Shown here: positions 1 through 9,600 of the stretch, piece by piece
Layout of the letters: each line of letters starts with the position of its first letter
Numbering within the stretch: the stretch's first letter is position 1
Origin: a virus
Reading direction: 5' to 3' (one strand)
DNA length: 64,000 nucleotides
IMG/VR virus record: IMGVR_UViG_3300042197_000966
Location: 1-64,000 of that record
Made by a program: the position numbers and the translations under genes
Notes under the pieces: model-generated
The model's database searches: none
Seen by the model: only the letters and a program-made list of their open reading frames with translations
Told to the model about the DNA's origin: nothing

Positions 1-690
1 GAAATTATCAAAGAACTTAAAAAGTATGTTATTGCATCGGTTGAACCAGTAATTGTAGATCCTTCAATTCTATACGTTGAAGTGAATAGCAAAATTTATT
101 ACAACTCTTCGATTACTTCAGATACTCCTTCTCAAATTAGAGATAAAGTAATAGGAGCATTACAAAACTATATTGAATTATCGGACATAGAAAAGTTCAA
201 TGGTAAATTTAGATATAGTAAAATTGTTGGTGTGATTGATGAAACGGATAAGTCAATCAACTCAAATATAACATCAGTTACAATGAGGAAAGATTTCTAT
301 CCTCAGCTCAATTCTACATTCTATTACGAGATCTGCTATCAGAATGCATTTGATAAAGAATGCGATACTTCAATTCTGTCTACGACTGGTTTTAGAGTTA
401 CAGAATACCCAAATTTTGATGTCTATCTTGAAGATAGGGATGGTCTAATTGTCCTATATACACTAGATGCTGTAACTGGTGAAAAGATTGTTCTGGACAA
501 AGAAGTTGGAACTATTGATTATGAAAAAGGTGAATTAAAAATGTATGATCTAACTATCATAAAAGGTAGTTATTTTGATAATAGAATTTCAGTTAGAGTA
601 AAACCACTGTATAATGATATTCAGGCATTCCGTGAGGTATACCTTGATGTTGATATTGCTAATTCATCCTTTAGTGCGTATAAAGAGTAA
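1..690 (+). CDS. gp6: Baseplate wedge subunit gp6, C-terminal part (5'-truncated by the window)
   Basis: Frame is open from base 1 (EIIKELKKYVIASVEPVIVDP...). FNGKFRYSK and GTIDYEKG segments are typical of T4-like gp6. Lies directly upstream of gp7/gp8. Confidence 0.85.
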   Translation, partial: EIIKELKKYVIASVEPVIVDPSILYVEVNSKIYYNSSITSDTPSQIRDKVIGALQNYIELSDIEKFNGKFRYSKIVGVIDETDKSINSNITSVTMRKDFYPQLNSTFYYEICYQNAFDKECDTSILSTTGFRVTEYPNFDVYLEDRDGLIVLYTLDAVTGEKIVLDKEVGTIDYEKGELKMYDLTIIKGSYFDNRISVRVKPLYNDIQAFREVYLDVDIANSSFSAYKE

Positions 691-694
691 GTAG

Positions 695-3600
695 ATGGCA
701 GTTAAGACCAAAAGAATTTCTACTCTAATTGAGTCACAACTTCCAGAGTTCATTTCTAATGAATATGAACTTTTTGGCAAGTTTGTAGAAAAATATTATG
801 AGGCTCAAGAGGTTCAAGGGGGACCGCTTGATATTCTTAGTAATCTGCAGAAATATCTAGATATTGATTACTATGAGAAGTCTTTACTTCAGCAAAATAC
901 TACTCTTGTTACATCAATTACTTCTTCATCTACAACCGTAGTATTAGAGGATGCTTCTGGATTTCCAGAAAAAAATGGATATGTGCAAATTGGAGATGAA
1001 ATTATTTTCTATGGCGAGAGAACTGGCAATACACTAACAAATTGTTCCAGGGGTGTTAGTGGCAATATTGCTTTGGGTGATTTGTATGAAAAATCTTCTT
1101 TTGTTGGAACAACATCGGTTGCTCATTCTTCTGGAGATTTAGTTCTTAACATTAGTAATTTGTTTTTGTATGCTATTGTTAAAAACTTTGAATCACAATA
1201 TCTAGGTTCTTTCCCAGAAAAATATTTGCGTGGGGAAGTTGACAAGAGAACTTTAATTAAAAATATACAAAAATTTTATAAGGCAAAAGGAACTGATAGT
1301 TCTATAAAATTTATTTTTAATACTATTGTTACTCAAGATAGCACTAACAAACCAGAAGTTTATAAACCAAGAGATTTTGTTTACAAATCTTCCGAATCTG
1401 ATTGGATTAGTGTCTATGCAATTAAAGCAAAGATTGTATCTGGAGATCCAAAAAATTTAATTGGAAAACAAATAGTTCAAATAGAGACAGAAGAATATCA
1501 ATATGCATCAGCAATTGTTGATAATGTTTTTCCAGAAGGAACTTCTGATAACGAACAAATTTGGAATATAGTAGTTGCTCCAGAAACAGTTAATGGATCT
1601 TTTGCAATTTCAACAAAAACCCGTCTAGAAAAACAATTACAATCAAACAGTGGTTTTGGAAAAAGAGTAAATGTTTTTTCTACAGTTGGATGGGATCTTG
1701 CTGGAGAAATATTAATTGGAAATGAAACAATTTCCTTTGATGATAAAAATGCAACTCAGTTTATTATCAAAAGTAGAGGATCTAATCCAGCAACGTATGA
1801 GATTGGAGATCCAGTATATAAACCAGTAATTCTTCAAGGATCTAACGTTAAACTACTAACACTCGGGGTTGTTTATAATTTTGTACCAGAAAATGCACAA
1901 CCATATTCATATACTGGAGATGAAGTACAAGTATCAGATCCTGGTTTTAAAACAATAGATCCAAAAATTGTTATTACTGGTTCAAATCAACCAAGATGGT
2001 TTTTATCTCAGGGATCATCTCCTGATGTACCAACAATACCATCAATCAATACGGAATTGAGTGAGATATCAACAGATATTTCTGCAATTTTTGAAGATGA
2101 TCAATATTATTACATTGCAAGCTCTAGTTATCCATCCCATAAAATTTTAGATGGTTCTGTTGTTACAGAAAAACTACTAGATCAAAAACTGCTGAGAATT
2201 ATTAGAAAAGAAGCAACAAGAACTACCGAAATATATAAAACTCCAAAAAGAGACGTTGGCATTCTATTAAATGGTGTACCCATTTTTGGTTACAAGGATG
2301 AAGAAAGTGTAAGATTTGGTTTATTGGAAGAAATTAAAATCAACACTCAAGGAACTGGTTATGCAAAACCACCATTTGTTTTATTGGATGGAGTTCCAAA
2401 TCAAGCAAGAGCTTTATTGAGTGGTCAAGTTGTAGAGAAAATTATTGTTGATACGAATACAATATTTCCAAGAACCCCAGAAGTTTTGATAACCTCTGGT
2501 CGTGGAGCGGTTGTACGTGCAGTAGTAACAAAAGGAAAGGTTACTAGTCTCATCATAGATAATCCAGGAGAATTTTATTCTTCTCCCCCAACTGTAAGAA
2601 TTAGAGATCGTGCTGGAAGAGGAAGATTTGCAGATTTTACAGCAGTTGTAAATACTGATGGCAAAATTACTGATTTCATAAAAAATGAAGAAGGTAATTT
2701 TTATGATCAAGCAACAGTAATAGTTGATATTATCCCAGTTGGTAATGGAGCATCTGCCACTCCATTTTTAAAGGAATGGAATAAAAATAGATTTGTCAAA
2801 TTATCCGATAATTTGGATACGGAATATGGACACGTTTTTAAAAATTATAATAACGTTTTAGAGTATGGATATGGTCAGGTAGCAAATCCAAAATCCCTCA
2901 GAATAAGTTTAAATGACAATCTAAATGCTACATTGGTAGAACCAGTAACAAAAACTCATTCTCCTATTATTGGATTTGCATATGATGGCAATCCAATTTA
3001 TGGTCCATTTGCATATGAAAATCCATTAGATCCTCAATCTTCGATTATAAGAATGACTTCTAGTTATTCTTTAAACGGCAGTCGTCCAGGCGGTCCAGGA
3101 CTTTCTGAATATCCAATTGGAACATTTGTAAATGATTTTAAGTATACACACAAGAGTGGAACTTTAGATGAAAACAATGGTAGATTTTGTGTTACTCCAG
3201 ATTTTCCTGCAGGAACATATGCATACTTTTTGACAATCGATAGTAATCAAATTCCACAATTTCCATATGTTATTGGAGAGAATTTTTATTCCCTTCCAGT
3301 TGATAGTAATTACAATTCAAACATCAGTCAAAATGATATTCCGAAGAAATCAAAAAGATTGTTTACTCCAGGAATGCCAGGAAATGGAGATGGTGTCATT
3401 GCTCAAATTTCTGATGTAAAACCAGGATTTGTTGATTCGATCGAATTACAAAATTCATCAAGCAATTTTTCAGTAAATTCAAAAGTATACTTTGATAATA
3501 GTAGAACAGAAGGTCAGGATGCTGAAGCTATTGTGTCTTCTGTTGTTGGAGAAAATGTAAATTATTTACAAAGTAAAGAAAATAAAGTAGTACAACTAAC

Positions 3601-6600
3601 AATTATTCAAAACGCATACTTATTTGCAAATGATACCCTCAGTCAACCAAATTCTGGTGCATACGGAGAAATTGTTGGAAATGTTGTAAGTGATAATGTT
3701 ATTGTATTAAAAAATGTTGTTGGTGTTTTCAATGGGACTGGAACATTCTCAGCAGCTATAAAAACTTTCTCTATTCTGGTTGATCAAGATAGTTCTTACA
3801 CTGCTGGCGCCATTTTATCTTTAACAGATGGCATTAATTTACCAATAGCAACAGCAGAAGTTTTAGAAACAACTTCTAGACAAAATGTTGTTAAGATTAA
3901 AGTTCTCAGTGGAACCTGGATTGTTGATGATGATTATTTCTTACAATCCAATAATTTGTTTAATACTTCTGGATCCAGAATTGTCAGTCTAACGTCTCTG
4001 AGTGATGGTCTCATACCATTTGATGTAAATCAAAATGTTGCATTGGTTGAGACAAGTAGTGAACATGGATTGGGTATTGATGATGAGGTAGTGATTAATA
4101 TTTTACCAGATGATGCAACTAAAACAAAGACATATTTTGTAAGAAAAAGATTATATCAAAAGGTAAAGTTTGTTTCTCCAAGATATTCTTCAACAATTGA
4201 TTATACTGGTATTGGAAGATTTGAAATTTTAAATGGTGGCGCATATTATACGCCAGGAACATATACAAATATACCATTGACTGGTGGATCTGGTACTGGC
4301 GCAAAAGCTAATATTACTGTTTCATCAGCTGGAATAGTTTCCTCAGTTGTTATTCAAGATGGAGGATCAGGTTATAAAAAATATGATTACTTAGGTGTTG
4401 ACGATGAATCTCTTTCTAGATCTGGATCTGCAAATGCTGGTAGTTCTAGATTAGTTGTATATCTAGATCATGTTGGATTTGCTGCATCTTCTACATCTTT
4501 AATTTTAGAGGATGCTTTGGGTCTTTCTTTAAATGATTATTTAATAATTGGAAAAGAAGTCATACGTGTTTCTGCTATCAATGGAAACAAATTGACAGTA
4601 TTGAGATCACAAAAAGGAACACAAGCAGCTGATCATTTTAATGGTCAAGTAGTCTCACTGTATGAAGAAAAATATAATTTTAGTAATAATTTTCAATTAT
4701 CATCTTCTCAGTATTCTGGATTTATCAAAACATATGACTACGAAACTCAAGAAGCAATAATTGTATTTAATTACACAACTACAAAATCAAACGCAGAAGA
4801 AGTTCAAATTAGTACAACTTTCTTTGATTCCAGTACTCCAAAAAAATTAGTTTCTGTTGTTTCTGCAGAAGATATTAGTTACAAATTTGAATTTTCTGAA
4901 GACAATTCTCTGTTCGTTCCAAATCCAACTATAAACATTCAAGAGTTCTACAAGTATAAATTTGATACATCACACTCGTCTCTGACTGGAACATACTTTG
5001 ATTTAAGTCCTAGTAAAACTTTTAATTTGATAACAGAAGAAAAAAATACGTCGTCTGTTTTACCTGGAAATCCTGGATCATTTACAGATGTAAAATTTGG
5101 ATTTGGACCAAGACTATCTTCAAATTCATATTTGAATAAAATAGGAACAAATTTTGCTAATTTTTATTATTTTGATAAAAATGGAATAGTCACATCTGAT
5201 GGTTCTTATTTGAAAATTATTCAAGATCCTCTTCAGGGAACCAAAAAAATTACATATGTAACTCCAACAAGATTTGTATATCAATTAGATTCAGTTCCTC
5301 TGTGGGATGGATCTGGATCAATATCTTATACAACTACTGGGCAATTTGCAATAGGTCAAATTAATTCATTTAAAGTTATTAACTTAGGATTAAATTATAA
5401 AAAAGCACCAATAATAGTTGGTTGTGATCCAAATACAAACTTTAAAGCAAAAGCAACAGTTCTATATGATTATTCTACAAATGTTGTTACTGGTGTCAGA
5501 ATAGATGACACTGGTTCAAATTATACAAATCCAAAAGTTTTTATAAAGAATGGAGATGGTGTTGATCTTTCTTTTAATGTTGTGGTAAGAGATGGTAAAA
5601 TATTCTCAATTACTGTAAGCAATCCAGGAAAAGGATATACATTTGCTCCAGAAATTGAAATCATTGAGGGTGATGTTGAAGCATATGTACAAAGTTCTAC
5701 AATTGGAGTTCCACAAAGCATCACGATTATAAAAAATGGAGGGGCATTCCATTTAGATAAAACAGTATCTTCATCATTTACATCAAAATATATTTTCTCG
5801 TTAGAAAATTTTTCGGGAGAATATCAAAAAGGAGAAGTCGTAGTCCAAGTAATAGATGGTGTTGAAGTTGCACGAGGAATTGTATCTGAATGGAGACGTG
5901 GTTCAAATTTATTAAAAATAGAAAAAATCACTGGTATTTTTAGGCAAGGATATCAAATTAAATCTATATTAAATTTTACTGTTGGTACAATAAAATCTGT
6001 ATTTGTAACTACGTTTGGCGCAGAAATTTCTAGTTTCTATGATAATCTTGGTTATTATACTTCTGATAGAGGAAAACTTGGAGTTGCAAATCAAAAACTT
6101 TTAGATAGTGATTTTTATCAGGACTATTCGTATGTTGTAAAATCAAAAACTCCAATTAATGTTTGGAGAGATTTAATTAAATCTACAACACACCCAGCTG
6201 GATTTAAATTATTTGGTCAAGTTGACATTGAAGGTATTGGAAGCACATCGATGCCTTCTCAACAAATTAATAAAAATGATCACTTTTCGATTATTCAACT
6301 CTGGGATCCAGCAAAAAATAAAGTTACTGTCGAAAATACGAGAAGAACAGTTACGCAAGTTATCCAAAAAATTGAAAACCAACGAATTAAGAGAGGATTT
6401 GGTTCTGCTGCACCATCAGAGTTTAATTTTAATGAATACATTTCTTTTGAAGTTAGTCTGGTGCAACCATTTAATGGATACTATGATAGTGATGGTAGAT
6501 TGCAAGGAAGAACGGTATTTGATCTAGAAGATAATAATGGCAACCCATTTACTCCATTCAATGCAAAATCTTTAATCATTACTTTGGATGGTATCTTACA

Positions 6601-9600
6601 AGAACCAGAAGTTGCATATACAGTTCAAGCAAATACTATTATTTTTTCAAAACCACCACTGGGACCAGGAGCAGAAAGAACAGGTAATAATTTAAACGAT
6701 ATTACTTCTTACAAGGGCGTAACTTTCTATGGTAAATATTTTTCTTTTAAAGATACTCAATACAATACAAGATATCTAAGAAAGATTAGAAATATTTTCC
6801 AAAGAAGTGGTAGATGGTTAGATGCTGCTAATCAAATAGAAAGAAACAAAACTTTCATTGTAGAGGAATCTATTGGATATGGAAAAAACAAATATCCGAC
6901 ATTGGATTGGAGCACAAAAACTGATGATTATCAAAGAGATATTGGTTATTTACTAGATGCTTATCAGCATGATGTTAGATTTGGTGGAAACACCAAAACT
7001 GTAGATTATGTTAATATCTTTAGGAATGATACTGATTATGATTACATTACGAAGAATAAAACAAAGTCTTTAGAAATATTTAAATATGCAACAAAACTTG
7101 CAAATCTTGCAGTAAGAAATTGGGATATTGTTGAGAATAATATTTCTTACACACAAGGTTCTTCTACTATCACAGTTGAAGATAGTGAGAGACTTGCAAT
7201 TGGAATGTATATTAGTTGCGGTAGAGCTTATCCAGCAAATACCAAGATTACTGCAATTAATAGCGCAACTCAAATTACAGTATCAAATAATGCCTTATCA
7301 ACTTCTGGTTCCGATCAGGCAACTTTCTATCTGAGTGGCATTAATAATGGAACTTTTTATGATGCATCAAATTTAATTCAAGCAAATAAAGAATTCCTGA
7401 TAGAATTTATTAGTGAATATATTTATACCAGCACCAATCTTCCGCAATCTGATAAAGAAAAATGTAAGAGAGATCTTGGATACTTAGTTGATGCTGTTGT
7501 TTATCATTTAAGATTTGGTGGAAATCAAAAGATAGTTGAATTTGCTCAATCTTATTATACATTTTCATCATATCCTTACGGAGAAGAACTTACTTATATT
7601 AATAGATCACCAGAAGAAACAAGCGCAGCAATACTTGCTTGGGATACTCTTAAAGATGGAATGATTCTCGCTATGAGAAATCAGCTGACTACTGGAGGAT
7701 CATATACTTCTATTCTACCAGTAACAGATAACACAATTTTAGTCGATCCAATTAATCCAGTTTGTCAAGAAGTTGCATCTAGTATCAATACAATGATCGA
7801 CATTGTAAAAGATATTATTGCGAGAGGATCTGGAGTAGTTTCAATTACTCCAATTAATACTAACAAATCTGGTCAATGGTCAACTACAACAACATATTCA
7901 AATTATAATTTAATACCAGATCCACTCATTCTTTCCTCAGAATGTGCTGATGTTGTTTCTTCTGTTAATTCTTTATATTCAAATGTAAAAAATATTTTAG
8001 ATAAGAAAACTGTCAAGAGAACATATCCAGATTATGTTGATGGCGAAAATAAAACTTTTGAATTATATTGGGATGACGGAAGTGAAGTTATAACTGAAGA
8101 AGATGAGGATCTATTTTTAACGATCAATGCTGTCTTACAGAGACCAAAATATACAGAGACATATCCAGGTTCTGATTCATATTACATCAATCGTGAAGTA
8201 ATACCTAATGAAATTGTATTTGATGTCGCACCAATATGGGATCAAGATTTTAGTGCAAAAAGCATTGGAGAACCAACAGCAGTTGAAAAAGTTGTTGGTA
8301 TAGGAGTTGGAAACTATAAAAGACTTACTATTGATACTAGTTTAGTCGATGGAATTAGTTCTGGTCCATTCTTGATACTTGATGTCGAAGACTTTACTGT
8401 ACAGAATATCGAAGAATCAACTTTCCTGTATGTATTTTTAGATGGTGTTTTACAGAGAGAAGGATATTCTTACATAGTTTCTGGTCCAAATATCTATTTT
8501 AATGTTCCTATTGTTAAGGAAATGAAAGTAGATATGAGATATTTGTATGGTCGTGATGTCGGTCAAGTTCTCAATATCTATGATTATAACCCAGACACAT
8601 ATTATGCGAAAGGAGCTGTAAGTTTAACTATTACAAGCGGTCTCTCTGATTTGTTGAAATATGAATGGGCTGGAAATAAAATTGGAGAACCAATACACGC
8701 ATATCAGATTAATGCAAATGGCACCTATAATATGATAGGTCAAATATCAGATGGATATGTTTCTGGTTCAAATATATTGAATTTTAATGTCTTTGGTGCA
8801 AAGGCATCTATTGACATCAGTAAACCAGTTTGGTTTGCCATACGTGGATTTTATAATACATTAAGAATAAGTGTAAATATCTCTGCTGCAGGTATTACAT
8901 ATGAATTAGATAGCACTGGTAAAACCATTCTTTCGGATAATGAGCAGATTTGGTCTGGAACATATCTAGGAAAAACATACAAGAGACCATTTATTTCTCT
9001 ATCAAATAATGATTTGATCAGAGTTGATGGGGAAGAAGGTTTTAGAAAAATCAAAAAATTACCAGGAAGAGTTACTAGTAAAGAGCAAAGACAATACGAA
9101 CAAGTTTCAAATTCATTCTATGGAACTGTTGATATTGAAACTTACAACGGTATTACAAGGGGAGAGGGATTAAGTGTAGTAGCTAAAGTTGAAAACGGAA
9201 AAGTTACAAAACTTGAATGGAATAGAAGAAGTTACGAACCATTAACTCAACCAACTGCATATCAATATTATACTCCTCCAATTCTTAATTTTATTCCAGT
9301 TGATGGAAATGGTGGAGGAGCAAGAGCAAATGTTCTTGTCAGCAAAGGTCAAGTTATCAGCATTGATATTATTGATGGCGGATCTGGATATACTCAAGCT
9401 CCAAAAGTTGTAGTAGCAAGAGGATATGATATTCTCACAGAAAGAGATATTGGTGTTTCATTAATTAATATTGGTGTCAATTCATTTGTTGAACATGGTG
9501 GGTATACAGCATTCTCATCTATTGATGTATTAGGAAATCAAGTTTCTGGAGTAAATTCGTTTACATCAATTTTCTTTGATAGTCCTATATCTACTGATAG

